Shown: positions 10,714 through 25,038 of the stretch, piece after piece
How positions within the stretch are numbered: the stretch's first letter is position 1
Layout of the letters: every line of letters starts with the position of its first letter
DNA from: Azolla caroliniana
Lineage: Eukaryota; Plantae; Polypodiophyta
Direction of reading: 5' to 3'
Assembly (NCBI GenBank): GCA_043228905.1
Contig: JBHGNT010000015.1
Span: forward strand, 15,934,001 to 15,998,000
Length of the DNA: 64,000 bases
Notes under the pieces: model-generated
Told to the model about the DNA's origin: nothing
Database searches by the model: none
What the model saw: only the letters and a program-made list of their open reading frames with translations
Program-made: the position numbers and the translations under genes

Positions 10714-13700
10714 TGTGTGGAAAAATAACGCTCGACCACAACTGAGTCTTAAACAACAAATGAAAGAAAAAACAAACCGGCAGTTACAACAGAAAACTCG
10801 TTTTGTGTGTCTCTCTCTTGCTCTATGTAGAACTTTAAATCATCATCTACCTAAAGTGATTGCCCTAAGTCATATTTATACTTATATGAATTTTAGGCTA
10901 TTTACAAATATAGCCTCAGTGGGCTTATCCGAACATATTTACAAATATGTCCTTGGATTCGGTTCGCACCGGATCCATCCGGATTCATTGGTTCCGGTTT
11001 CCGGATCTTATCCGGAACCCTCCAGAATCCGGCTTCTTCATCCGGATCCCATCCGAACAGACCGAATTCCCAACAAGCTTCCCCTTCACTCCGACATGGG
11101 ATTTTTTGTTAATCCGATCCGTTTTTGGCACGCATCCAGCTTGTCTGTTGAAAGCACCTTGGTCAACATATCTGATCCGTTCTCCTTCATGTGGATCTTC
11201 GTCAACACGAAGTCTTGAACTTCTACCTTCTCCCGGAGCCAGTGATATCTCCTCTGGATGTGCTTGGTCCGGGAATGGTAGGCCGCATTCTTCGCAAGGT
11301 GGATGACACTTTGACTATCGCAATAGAGCTGGTATTCCTGCTGTTGGATCCCTAACTCTCTGATAAAGTCCTTCATCTAGATTACTTCCTTGCCGGTTTC
11401 CACAATTGCCATGTACTCCTCTTTCGTTGTTGATAATGCCACAGACTTCTGTAGCCTCGACTGCCATGATACGGCTCCCCCTACATATGTCATGACGTAT
11501 CTGGATGTAGACCAGCTAGTATCCGCAGCAGCCGACATATCCGAACCTGTGAATCTGTCAAGTTGGGGTTTACCGGAGCCAAACCGGAGGTACATACTCG
11601 AGGTGCCTTTCAGATACCAGAGTGTCCACTTGACCACGTTCCAGTGCTCTTTTTCCGGGATTACTCATGAATCGGTTGACTACTCCGACAACATATGCAA
11701 TATCCGGCCGGGTGCACACCATTGCATACATTAAGCTTCCGATGGTAGAAGCATATGGTATCTTCATCATATCCGACTTCTCTGACTTTGTCTTCGGGCT
11801 CTGCTTTCCGGACAACTTGCAATTTGTCGGAAGTGTCGATTCGATCGGTTTTGCCTCCGACATGTTGAACCTTTGAAGCACCTTTGTCACGTACTTCTCC
11901 TGTGACAACCACAACAGCTTCTCTGACTGGTCCTGAATAATGTGCATCCCTAATATTTGTCTTGACAGACCCAAGTCTTTCATTGAGAAAGTCTGGTTCA
12001 GAGCCTTCTTCAGCATCCGTATCTTGACTTGGTCTCTTCCAATGATCAACATATCATCCACATAAAGGAGCAATATTAGGCAATCTCCTCCGTCAAATTT
12101 CTTCACAAACACGTAGTGGTCAGCTTGCGTCTTGTGGTACCCTTGGTCGGTCATGAAGGAGTCGAACTTCTGGTACCATTGCAGGGGAGCTTGCTTCAAT
12201 TCGTACAAGCTCTTCTTCAGCAGGCACACTAGGTGCTCCTTCCCTTTCTTCTTGAATCCTTCCGGTTGATGCATGTAGATCTCTTGTTCGAAGTCGCCAT
12301 GTAGGAATGTCGTCTTGACGTCCAGTTGCTCTACCTCGAGGTCCATGCTTGCGCCTATGCTCAATACCGTCCGGATGGATGTCATCTTTACTACCGAGGC
12401 GAAGATCTCGTCAAAATCCACACCTTTCTTCTACTGGAACCCCTTCACCATGATCCGAGCCTTGTACCTTGGTGGATTTCCGGCGTCTCCCGGTTTCAGC
12501 TTGTACACCCACTTGTTCTGGAGTGCCCTCCCGGTTTCCCTTGTGCCCTCAAGCCGGTTTTCATTGGATGATCTGGAGTTCATCACCTTCTTCTCCGACT
12601 CCCAGTCGGCAATGGTCTTGTCTTCCATGAAGAGTATGTCCTAACTCTGGAACACCTTCTTGTCGACCAGATCCCACACCCGGTAACCGAACTCATCATC
12701 GTCATATCCAAGGAATATGCATGGTTGGGTCTTCGAATCCAACTTTTCTCTCTTATCCTTTCCAACATGCATATATGCGAGATACCCGAACACCTTTAGA
12801 TGCCGGTAAGATACGTCTTTACCGGTCCATACTCTCTGTGGTGTGCCTCCGTCTAAGGGTGCTGAGGGTGATCTGTTTATCACATACGTCGCCGTCATCA
12901 GTGCCTTAGCCCAAAACATTTTGGGTAGCTTTGCATGTGCCAGCATGCTCCGGACTCTCTCCATCACGGTCTGGTTCATCCGTTCGGCCAACCCGTTCAA
13001 TTCTAGTGTTATCGGAACGGTGAATTCGAGCCAGATTCCCATCGACCGGCACTACTCCTCGAACTGCCCCCGGTACTCTCCTCCGTTATCTGCTCAAACC
13101 GCTTTCAGCTTCCGGCCGGTTTCTCTTTCCACTTTGACCTGGAGTTCCTTGAAGGCAGACAACACCTGATCCTTCGTCTTCAACGGTGAGACCCACAACT
13201 TTTGGTTGTGGTCATCTATGAACGTCACAAAGTATTGCAATCCGGCATGTGACTTCGTGTCGACTTGACACACATCGGTATGCACCAACTCCAGTGGTGC
13301 ATTCCGTCTCATCGGTAGTCTTTGACCGAACCTCCAGAACATGTCAAACATCCTTCAACAGCAATTTGCATCGGCTTGATGTTGTCAACAACACATCTCC
13401 TATGCCAACAATTCAACATGTACCTTCATTCCCCATCCGGACACAACCGTGATCTCCGACTGTGTAGGATGAGAAGCACCTCCGGTCCGGTGTCAAATGG
13501 AACAACGCTCCGGAATCGACAACCCATGTTCTCTTGTCGCCGACAAGGTTTAACTCATTCTCCTCGGTAATGAGCATCAATTCTTCTTCACTTGTCGCAA
13601 TTGCCGACGTTCCCTACCGATCAGGGCCTTTCCGGTCCGAACCGTTTTGGTCCGAACCCTTCGTTAAATCGACAGTGTCGATTCCTTTCTCTCTCCAAAA

Positions 13701-14919
13701 ATGCCGACAATTTTTCTGGAAGTGTAATGGGTTCCCACAATAGAAGCAAGTAGGCCTCCCCCTTGACTTCGACCTTGTCCCTGACTTGTCTCGGTTTTGG
13801 GGACTCTTATACCAGCATGTTCCCCGGTTGTGGTCATCTTCCGAAACCAAGGCCTTCGGATCGGTTCCCGACTCCCGGTCCTTTCGGTGAGCTTCTTCAT
13901 TTAGCAAGCTTAATTTTACCCTTGCTAGGGACAACTGCTTTCCTTCCGGCCCGGCATTGCGCAACGTGACAAATAACGTCTCCCAACTATCTGGGAGGGA
14001 ACCGAGTAGGAGCAATGTGAGTACCTCATCCGCAAGAGGTGTTTCCAATGAGGTGGCTTGGTGTATTAGCCCCTGGAAGCCATTCATGTGCTCCGCCATA
14101 CTGGAGCCATATTGGTACCAGTGCCTCACCAACTTCCGGAATACCGAAACCCGATTAACGGCATTTTTGTTCTGGAACATGATGCCGATCTTCTCCCAGA
14201 GTTCATAAGCCTTACTTTCTTCATTGAAGTTGTTGTACAGGCTCATGTCGATGAAGCACCGGATGTACGTCGTCGTCTTCATGTGCATCACCTCCCATGT
14301 CGCGGCATCGATCTTATCCGGTTTCTTGTCCTCAAATTGTACCGGCAACCAAATATCTTTAATGACCAACATGTGCCGCATCTTCGACTTCCACACTGAG
14401 TAGTTGGAGCCAGTGAGCCTTAACATGCCGTCGAACGACTCTTCCATTTCATGTGTTGTTCGCTCTGATACCAATTTGTGCGGAAAAATAACGCTCGGCC
14501 ACAACCGAGTCTTAAACAACAAATGAAAGAAAAAACAAACTAACAACTAGACAACACAGGATGTTTACGTGGAAACCCTAAGTGGGAAAAACCACGGGAG
14601 CCCACGAACTCCAACTATCACTATGAGGGGAGAAATACAATGTGAGACTCTCTATGTAGACCAACAACTTAAATCGTCATCTACCTAAAGTGATTGCCCT
14701 AAGTCATATTTATATATATATGACTTTTGGGCTATTTACAAATATAGCCTCAATGGGCTTATCCGAACATATTTACAAATATGTCCTTGGATCCGATTCG
14801 CGTCGAATCCATCTGGATTCACTGGTTTTGGTTTCCGGATCTTATCCAGAACCCTTCTTCATCCAGCTCGTCTGATTTAGCTCCCCCTAATCCCATCCGG
14901 AGGGATCGAATTCCCAACA
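10714..14919 (-). mobile_element. Ty1/copia element C1, degenerate, TSD CAAAG
   Basis: LTRs 10714-11075 and 14477-14919 (TG..CA), PBS-iMet 14462-14473, PPT ~11078-11090, TSD CAAAG 10709-10713 / 14920-14924. Gag with CFYCGNPLHFQKNC, protease VVDSG, integrase, RT (LLYVDDML), RNase H; several stops and frameshifts. Confidence 0.95.
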
Positions 14920-15523
14920 CAAAGAAGGAGTTCAACAATTCTATCATGGACCTGGTAAAGAGGAAGCGGCTCTTGAAAGAGGTAGCGCCGAAGAAGCCGG
15001 TCAAAGTAAAGGTAGCCCAAATTGAACAGGCGGCAATGGAAGAGGAGTTCTCGGAAAGCCACTATATGAACCCACACTGGGCTAGAGTGACGACGGAAAC
15101 CCTTGTCCGAATCGGGGATGTAAAAGAGCTGGCGGTAGGGCTAATCAACCACGGGTTGGAGGTTAAATTAATGTCCATGGACTTCTACAAGAAGGGTAAA
15201 TGGTCGATCAACACGAAGCACGGGTGGAAGATACGCGCGGCGACGCTCGCTACCGGAGACCTTCATGGTGCATGCTCGAATGGCTGAGTAAAGGTCGGGG
15301 ATGTTGAGATCGACTAACACTTTTTCATGCAGGAGACGTTCTTGCATCCCTCGATACTCGGCGAACCTTACATTACTTCGGCTGTTATGGAGAGCAAAGT
15401 GTTGGACAATGGTTCGGCATACGCAAGGGTAAAGAGCCAGGACAGTAAGCACTCCGTCCAATTACTGACGGTGAGGCCGAATCATGAAAGAAACCATGAT
15501 TCTCTCGGCGGCTAGGGCCGAGG

Positions 15524-15589
15524 GGATTTTTAGAGGGGACTATCAAGGCGTGGGGTTGTGATAGTCTGGACAACCGGAAGAATCCCCAC
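15524..15589 (+). promoter_or_regulatory. Candidate -1 ribosomal frameshift signal (G GAT TTT + H-type pseudoknot) in G1
   Basis: Heptamer 15524-15530, in frame and followed by TAG. Stem1 GACTATCA 15538-15545 / TGATAGTC 15559-15566; stem2 GTGGGG 15550-15555 / CCCCAC 15584-15589. Confidence 0.6.
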
Positions 15590-16056
15590 ACCTGGAAATT
15601 TTGCCCCTTTGATTATGGAGATTGTATCATAACCTGCATTGGTGGCTGGGAGAAGCGAAAGAAGTTTGAAAGCCTATGGCGCCTTGGACTCCGATGACGA
15701 GGTCAGCAACGCTGTGGAGGTGGTATCATTCAACGACACTCTTTGGGAGATTGAAAGGATGGCCGAAGAGGACCTACGCAAAGACCAGATTATTCTGGTC
15801 GATTCGGTCAAAATGTATGAAGTCATCGCGGACCGGATTATTCCGGATGGTCAGGTCAGATCGAATGACCCTAGTGAGCACAAAATACAAGACTGTAGAC
15901 CGGAAGGTGAGGCCAGTCACGACTCCCTTGCTGGAGGATAGCTAGGAGCGGATGAAAGGGGTCACGACTAACCCAAGTTTACGAAATACGGCCGGCATAG
16001 GACACCGATTCACCAACGAGATGCTACGGGAGCTCAATATCGGTGGGGGTGGTTTC

Positions 16057-16797
16057 TGTTGGGAACTCGACGTTCCTTATGTCCGACGCTCGGCCACAAC
16101 CGAGATTCTTTTCATACACAGAAAACAGGTAATGAAACGCGACACAAAAGAAAAGGAAGAGGAGAAATGGTACACAGGAGGTATACGTGGAAAACCCCAA
16201 AATAGGGGAAAAACCACGGCAGCCCACGAGCTGCAAACTGTCACTATGCAGAAATATACAACAGTGAGATCACTGAGGCAACGACCTCGTGTTCTCAGAT
16301 CTTCGCCACAGGCGGCAGTTACGACAGAGGCAACGACCTCGTCTCTCTCTCTCTTTCTCTCTCACTCTCTCTGTACAGTTACCCGCTCTAATTTCTACTT
16401 ACACCAACAGGAAAGAATAACAACGAGAATAACAACAGTAACTAAAAGTTTGCCCTAAGTCATATTTATACTAATATGACTTTTCGGCTATTTACAAATG
16501 TAGCCTCGATGGGCTCCATCCGGCTCTCCGCAGTCGGGTACTCCTCATCCGGTTCATACCGGGCCTACACCATCCGACTCTCCGCAGTCGGGTACTCCTC
16601 ATCCGGTTCATACCGGGCCTACACCATCCGACTCTCCGAAGTCGGGTACTCCTCATCCGGTTCATACCGGTCCTACACCATCCGACTCTCCGAAGTCGGG
16701 TTCTCCCCATCCGGTTCATACCGTTTCAGCCTCGGCCGAGTTTGTTCGTCGGCACTGTTCTTCTCCCTTGCCATCCGGAGGGACCTGTCTTCCAACA
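16057..16797 (-). mobile_element. Copia solo LTR, TSD GTTTC
   Basis: TGTTGG..CCAACA termini, GTTTC at 16052-16056 and 16798-16802. Similar to C1 LTRs. Host pol frame (GGGGF|LLPAEE) is restored on removal. Confidence 0.93.
16516..16723. repeat. 54-bp tandem repeat (about 3.8 copies) inside the solo LTR
   Basis: Unit CCATCCGACTCTCCGCAGTCGGGTACTCCTCATCCGGTTCATACCGGGCCTACA starting at 16516, 16570, 16624 and 16678. Confidence 0.95.
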
Positions 16798-19700
16798 GTT
16801 TCCTATTGCCTGCGGAGGAAGACCGGTTTCGGAGGATGCTCAGAAGGCACGGGAAAGCCTTCTCACTCTCGCCAAGGGAGATCAGATGTGTCGACCCAAC
16901 GATCGTGGAGCCAATGGTGATCTTCACAGTACCACACGTACCGTGGAGTCTCAAGCCGGTTCCGGTACAGAGAGCTCACATATCGAAGTTGACAGAGCTA
17001 CTCAAACAGAAGATCGAGATGGGGATCCTCGAGCCGTCGAGACCCCCATACTCGAATCAATGGTTTACGGTGCCGAAGAAGAACGGCACGTTGCGTTTCA
17101 TTCAAGACCTGCAGTCGGTCAACAAGGTGACCATTCGAAACGCAGCGAATGGGCCAACTATTGACGACTTTGCGGAGGCCTTCACGGGAAGGTCGATCTA
17201 CTCAGTCAATGACTTGTACTCCAGATATGACCAGTTCTAGCTAGCCATGGATATCACGACCATGTGAACCCCTCTCGGTCTAGTTCGGATGTGTACCCTA
17301 CTGTAAGGAGGGACTACCCCAGTGACATACATGGTGAATGCAATGAACAAGGTTTTGAGGGACTGCATCCCAGACATCACCATGCCTTTCTTGGACGACA
17401 TACCGATCAAGGGATGTCCAGAGGAAGCAAAGGATGAATTGATTGGGTCGGACGAATGCGGGAGGTTTGTTGTGGACCACATCGGCTGAGGCTTTGTCCT
17501 AGGTTATCCACAAGTATATATATAACGATTTGCGTGCATCCGTGCACGTGGTAGTTCACATGCCTTTGGTCTCCGTTTCTTCTTGTAGCCGGTTTTCCTC
17601 ACGACATCCACCCTCACCAAACCGCACGTCCAACGGTACGTGGCGAGAGAGAGGGAGAGATATGGGGGAGAACCGGCCATTCGTCACTCGTCGTCCTCTG
17701 ATCCGGTGACCTCCCCATCTTCGTCTGCTCTTTCTGGCCCATCATTCTCGTCCTCGCTACCCGGGTCTGGCTCGTCCTCGTACCGTTTCTTGAATGCCTT
17801 TATCCACTTTTCCGCAACCGGTACCGCCATCCATGTTCCGTCGAGCTCCGCGAGATGGTACATGGTGTTGTCGTTTGCTCTTGTCACCACGTAGGGCCCG
17901 AACCATCTCCTTGCAAATTTGCGCGTTGCCTTATGCTAGTTGTCGAGGCTGTTGTTGTAAACCAACACCCAGTCGCCTTCCTCAATCTTCTTCGGTCTCA
18001 GCCGGTGTGTCTGGTCAAACCGGTCCTTGTTCTTCTTCCACACCACTTACAATTTCACCTTTGCCCGTTCCACATCCTCCTACCTCCACTCCAACTAGCA
18101 AATCCGCACCGCCAATAGCTCCTCCCGGCTCATTTCGTCCGTCTAGTCGATTGCCACCCACGAAGAGATCGTCTACTCCATTGGCATGATTGGCTTCTGC
18201 CCGTACATAAGCTCTGTTGGCATAAACCCGGTCACCGAATTGTGCGTGGTTTGGTCCACCCACAGTGCATAAGGTAGGAGCCATGGCCCATTCCTGATGC
18301 TCCTCTCGCACGCCCATACTAACGCCTTCACGATCGACTCGTGTCCACATTCCACCTTTCCGTTTGCCTCCGGATTGTATGCCGTCGTGAGAGAGAGTTT
18401 TACCCCCAAACAGGCAAACAACTCTTCGGCTTCTTGCGCATCCAATTCTCCCTGGTCGGCCATGTTCTTCCCCACGCATCTGTATCGGCAAACCACCTCT
18501 TTAATTAGGAACCGGCATATGGTCGCGGTCGTTTTGTTCTGTAGTGCACGAAACTCCACCTGGTTCATCAGGTCCTCTTGCGCAAGTACCAGATACCGCA
18601 TTTGCCCCACTCCCATCGGCATCGTCACTAAGTCCACCATCCATTTCGGCGGGTAGGTTGGGTGTAGGTCGTCTTTGTGTCGGATCGCGCAATGCATCTA
18701 GGACCTTTCGCAGGTCGTCACGAATTGATGCAGCTCCTAGTACATTCCTGGCCACCAGTATTTTTCCTTCACCTTCTCGAACGTGGCCCACGTTTCGCGG
18801 TGGCCGGCCCAAGGGCTCTCATGGTACATTGACAAGAGCACCTTCTGCTCTTCGCTTCTTATCACTACGCGGAGCGGAATGCCGTTACGCTTTTTCAGAT
18901 GCCTCCATATACTCTCATTCCGCAGGAAGAACCAATACACCTTCTTCCTGATCCTATTCGCCTCATCCCTTGTCCATGCCGCGTACAACGCCAATGTCCT
19001 CAAGAATCAGCTTACTGGAGCCACTCCCCATTGTACTCATTTTCGTTAAACTCATTTAGTCCCGGACTGCTCCCCTCCCGTGCTGCTACGCAAGCCGACT
19101 CGAATAAATCCACGCCAACTTCTTCATCCTCCAATACCATGCCGTCCTCATTGTCAAACCGCGCTCTTGAAAGAATATTGGGAATCAACCTATCCGGAGC
19201 CACTGCACATTGTACTCTTTTTCGTTAAACTCATTTAGTGCCGTAATGCTCCCCTCCCCTGTTGCTACACGAGCCAACACGAAGAAGTCCACGCCGACTT
19301 CTTCGTCCTCCGATACTATGTCATCCTCATTGTCAAACCGCGTTCTTGAAAGCATATCGGCCATGGCGTTGTCTTTACCGAAGATGTGTTGGATCTCCGG
19401 GTTTAGGGACTTAATGTACGCGATCCACCTGAGCATAGTCAGGTCCGAAGTCGCACATCCGGAAACCATACATAAGATAGGTAGATAGTCTGTCTCGATT
19501 ACTACCTCTGTCCTGATCAAATAATCTTTGTCGGTCTTGACTACCGAAACGATATCCCAAAGTTCGCGTTTAACATGGGTGTATCTGTTGGGGACAAGGC
19601 TGTCAATGCGGAAATGCAAGCAACATTCGTGATGAAGAAGAACCTGTGTATGCATGAGCAAGGTAGACACAAAGGAAGAGAGAGAGAGAGAGGCACAAAG

Positions 19701-22700
19701 GAAATGTTATATTCCAATAGCAACAGTTACAAAAGACAACCAACCTTCACTAAAGGTTACAAAGTCACTTTATATAGTGACTATCCTAGGGCACCTGCCC
19801 TTTATGCTATTTACAGAAATAGCCCGAACTTGGGCTGTCCAAAGGGATAGTGTGAATACGGCCATTATACACTCGTATTCGACACTCCCCCATAATGGGT
19901 GTATACATGGGTTATCTAAAAGAATTACAGGTATATAATGATTGAATTGGTCGGGTCGGAAGAGCTAAAGCCGATCCTCAGAGAACCGATGTCGGTGGTC
20001 TGAAACCATCCCGTGTTGTGTGTCCGACTTTAACAGAACCGATTTTTCGTTACGCCCATCTGGTGCCGAAGGGACCGGAAACGATCCGCCGAAAGACACT
20101 TGGTCATTCCATCTGCGACATTATCAGTTGTGGATATCTTCTCGATACCGATTTTCCCTGAAATGATGCAATCCCGAATGAAGTGATATCGAACGTCGAT
20201 ATGCTTAGAGGCATTGTGGTGAACCGAATTTTTGACAAAGCAACAACACCTTGATTGTCGTTGTAGACAACTGGAGCCGAGTTGGAGTCGACCTGTCGAA
20301 ACGTATGCGCCAGCCGACCGAGCCATAAAGCTTCTTTTGCCGCGTCGGACGTAGCTACATATTCCGCTTCGGTCATTTAGGTGGTCGTGCACTCCTGAAG
20401 TTTTGACTTCCACAAGATTGCTCCATTGCCGAATTTGAAACAATATCTGGTTGTTGATTTTCGACTATCCACACAGCCGGCGAAGTCCGAGTCGGTGTAA
20501 CCGACTACGCTTGAGGTTGAGTTCAGGCCGAAAAGAATGCCGTGGTCTTTTGTGCCAGCTAGATATCTGAACACATGCTTGACTGTGTTCCAGTGCGATC
20601 GGCCGAGGTTGTGCATGAATCTGCTGACTACTCCTACGGCGTGAGAAATATCAGGTCGTGTCGTGACCATCGACGACTATCGGTGCATACGGTACCGACT
20701 TCATATCTTCCCCCTCCGGACCGGATGTCGGACAGTCTCGCTGAGACAGCTAAAGGTTAATGGGGAGCGGGGTCGAAGCAGACTTCGCTGATTGCATGTT
20801 GAAGCATTCTAAGACACATCCAATGTAGTCGGTTTGAGACAAGAAAAGTTGTCGTGTATCGTGATACCGACTAATCTTCATACGAAGTATGTGTCTTGCC
20901 GGACCAAGGTCCTTCATGGCAAACTTCGACCGCAGTTGCCGAACGAGTTTGGTGAGCTCTCCGGCATGCCGACCGGAGAGTAGCATGTCCTCCATGTAGA
21001 TGATGAGGAAGACGGGAGACCCATCTTGAGTTGTTTTGGTGAAGAGACAGTGATCCTCATCGCTCTTTGAGAAGCTGACCGATTGGATGAAGTCGTCGAA
21101 CTTCTTGTACCACTGTCTGGGTGCCTGTTTCAGGTCGTAGAGACTCTTCTTGAGTCGGTAGACTAGATGTTCCTGGTCGAATGCCACAAAGCCTTTCGGC
21201 TGCTCCATATAGATTTCCTCCTGTAGATCACCGTGGAGGAATGTTGTTTTTACATCTAGCTTAATCAGCTCCAAGTTGTCGGCGGCCATGACGCCGAGCA
21301 TGAAACAAAGGGTCGTCATTTTCACCATTGGTGAAAAGATTTCGTCGAAGTCGACGCCATATTCTTGTCGAAATCCCTTAGCAACTAATCTGGCCTTGTA
21401 CTTTGGGGTGGTCGAGTCAGATGTCTCTTTTAGTTGATAAACCCACTTACACGGAAGAGCACGTCGATTATTCGGTAATTCGACCAAGTCCCAAGTCTTG
21501 TTTGCCCGAATGGGGTGCATTTCCGACTCCATTGCCAAATGCCATGTGGCTGAATCGACAAATGATGATGCTTCTTCATAAGACGTAGGTTCGCTGACGT
21601 CGGTAAAGAAAATTCCGGGAGAGTACCTCTCCAGAGGTTGCGACAGTCTCTCGGATCTGCAAGGTATGACAGGACTAGTCGCACCGGGTGTCCATGTCGG
21701 ATGGTCAGGAGCCGAGCCATTCGGCTGTGCCAAATCGGTGGATTCAGTGCGAGAGTTGTCGGTTACCCGTGAAACCGATCTTGTGTTGTGGGTTGGGCCG
21801 TCATGAAGGGTTGGCACTTCGGAAAATATTACCCTTCGGACTTCAATAGGCCTTTCGGTCGTTTTATGCATAGCCGACTCATTGAACACGACGTTCAAAC
21901 TTCGGACGATTTGTCTATGCTCAGGGTCCCAGAGTCGGTATTCGATCTCGCCATCGTGTCCATATCCAAGAAAAACACATTTCCTTGACCTTGGTTCGAG
22001 TTTCCGGCGGTCGTCTTTCGGTATGAGAGCATACGCCTCGCAACCGAAGATCCTCAGTTTGTCATAATTCGGCTTACTGTCGGTCCATATTTCTTGAGGT
22101 ATTTGAAGTCCTAGAGGTCTACTTGGCGACATATTTATTATGTGTACTGTTGTAAGTAGAGCCTCTGCCTAGAAGCCATCCGATAGTTCGGAGTTTTGGA
22201 GCATGGATACTACGCGTTCTTGAATCGTCCGATTCATGCGTTCAACAATTCCGTTCTGCTCCGGACTATAGGGTGTCATATATTCATGTCGAATGCCGCG
22301 TTCCCGACATAATTTGACGAATTCTTCAGACTTGAATTCTCCTCCATTGTCGGTTCGGAGACATTTTAGTTTCAGACCGGTCTGATTTTCGACCATTGCA
22401 AGCCATTCAAAGAAGATCGAGAACACCCGATCTTTGGTTCTGATGGGGTAAGCCCACACCGTCCAAGTCGAGTCATCAATGAAATTAACAAAGTACGAAG
22501 CACCGCCGAGAGACTGATATGGCATCGGGCCATAGACGTCCGAGTGGACCAAATCGAGGGGACTCGATTCTCTTGGTGCTGATGTCGGGTGTGATGTGGC
22601 TACCTATTTGCCGTACTGGCAATGCTCGCAGAATTGGTGATCCGAGAAGGAGAGTTGGGGATGTAACCAGCTCTGGATAGGTGCATTATGCCGGCCTTGC

Positions 22701-24998
22701 TGAGGTGTCCAAGTCGTCCATGCCATAACGATGACATGGGGATATCAACCAAAAATAAGTCACCCTCTTTGAGTGTGACATATAAAGGATACAAGGAATG
22801 TACCTTTGGTCCTCAAGCAAGCAGGAGGTTCCCTTTGTGGAGTGTCCACCCTCCTGATGAGAATTCGGCACGGATGCCGGCTTCGTCAAGTTGTCCGATT
22901 GAGATCAAGGGTCTTGAAAGCTCAGGAACGTGTCAGACGTTGTGTAGTACGAGTGTAGAGCCTCCCGGAAGATTGAGCTCTACGGTGCCAATTCCGATTA
23001 TAGCACAGTGTTGCGAGTTTCTGACTCGAACTGAGTCGGAGTGACGGTTTGAGTATTGCCGAAACTGAGATCGGTGAGGTGTCCCATGATACGATGCGCT
23101 CGAGTCTAGGAGCCATGTGGTCGATTCCTCGGTCGTAAGCAAAACTTCTGATTCGAGTGGGTTCTCTATGGTCAGTATGTTCGGGTCGGTCGTCAAAATT
23201 TCGGCTGAAGAGCCGACGTAGTTGACCTCCTCATGCCGGCAACTCTTCTGATCCCCTCTCTGAGCTTTGTCGGTTTTTGCTTTGAGTGCCCGGCAGTCGG
23301 CTTTGATGTGTCCCGGTTTCTTGCAGTAGTTGCAAATTCGGTTGTCCCGAGACTTGCTCCGGCTTCGCTAAGTGTTCGGCGGTCGGGAAGAACTTCTTCC
23401 CTGTTTGTTCAATCGGTCGGTCGAACCTTGTACTATGTAAGCTTCATCTGCCGAGTCTTTGGCGAAAGACTTTCTCCAAGCTACTTCAGTCAGGATTGCG
23501 CTCATGACTTCAGAGTACTTAACAGCAGCTGTTGAAGTATTGCACACGGTTGTAATGAAAGTTTCCCATGAAGAGGGGAGACTACTCATGAGTATCATTG
23601 CCCTGAGTTCATCCTCGATTTCCATCCCCTGAGACGAGATTTGGGAGCTTATGCTTTCGTACTCGTTGAGGTGTGCCTAAACCGAATCGGATTCTTTCAT
23701 CTGCAAGTTGTAGAAGCGCCAGATAAGATACATCTTCGTTGTGGCAACCTTCTTTTCATAAGTTTCTGACAGTGTTTTCCAAAGTTCAAAAGTTGTCGTG
23801 CATGATTGCACTGTCAAGTATACTGACTCCGACAAGTGCATCCAAATCGTGGCGCGGACGATTTTGTCCAGCTTTAGCCACTCGTTTGCCTTGTATGCTG
23901 CTGGAGGATTTTCATTCTCGATCGGGTCTATCTGACCCTTGACTATGAGATAGTCCTGCATTTGTTCTTTCCAGAAGTTGAAGTTCGAACCTCCTTAGAC
24001 TCATCTCCGATGAGCCGGATCTTGATGCCATCTGCTTCGGTTTCAATTGGTAAGGCTCGGTTCGGAGTTGACTACGAACCTTAGTGGGGTGCAGCCGGTC
24101 GCCTCACCCGATATCGTTCTAGTCGGTTTTGAACCCGAGTCGGTTTGGTTTCGGATACTTGTTGCTGAACTTGCTTGGAGTGACTCCGGTAACTTGAGGG
24201 ACATAACCGGTTGGTCTTCCCGAATGTTGCCGAGTCGGAGTGAGCCCGGTTAGCTTCCGATTGTATGCCGAATACCGATTACACGAAACTGATTGTTTGG
24301 GCCGATTCTGCTTTGGATGACTGCAGCGATGAGAGGGACGGATCCAACTGATCCTCCCGAATGTCGATCAGCCGAGTGAAGCACGAAGTGGTTGTTGCCA
24401 AGAGACCAATCTGCAGCGGGTGGTTACAGCAAGCGAGCGAATAGCGTCCGGTGAACTATTCGGATGTTGTTTAAACAAATGAAGCATGATTGGGTCGGTT
24501 GTTGCTCAAGGAGCTCCCCTCAAGCGGTTACAATCACAAGAACAGAGTACAGCTGATTGACTTACTCCAATTTGTGATTTAACACAGTGATATGTGAGCT
24601 TTTTGTTTTTCTTCTCCCTTCTCTGTTCTTCAAAGAAAACGAAAACAGAATGTTGTGTTGTGTGATGACGGCCGGCAGCGGGTTGAAGAACCTCGAACGC
24701 TCTGATACCAAATGTTGGGGACAAGGTCGTCAATGCGGAAGTGCAAGCAACATTCGTGGTGAAGAAGAACTTGTGTATGCATGAGCAAGGTAGACACAGA
24801 AGGAGAGAGAGAGAGAGAGAGAGAGTGTCGAATACATGTGTATAATGGACGTATTCACACTATCCCGTTTTGGCCATTTATGTAATTAGCATAAAGGGTA
24901 GTTGCCCTAAGTCGGTCACTATATATAGTGACCTTGTAACCTTTTTGTAAGGTTGGATGTTGTATTATTGCTTTATGGAATAAGAAAGTCTTTTGTGC

Positions 24999-25038
<40 letters not shown>

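Noticed and set aside
16476-17240. 254-aa ORF with 18-aa repeats fused to RT
   Set aside because: Chance read-through from the antisense strand of a solo LTR repeat into decayed host pol.
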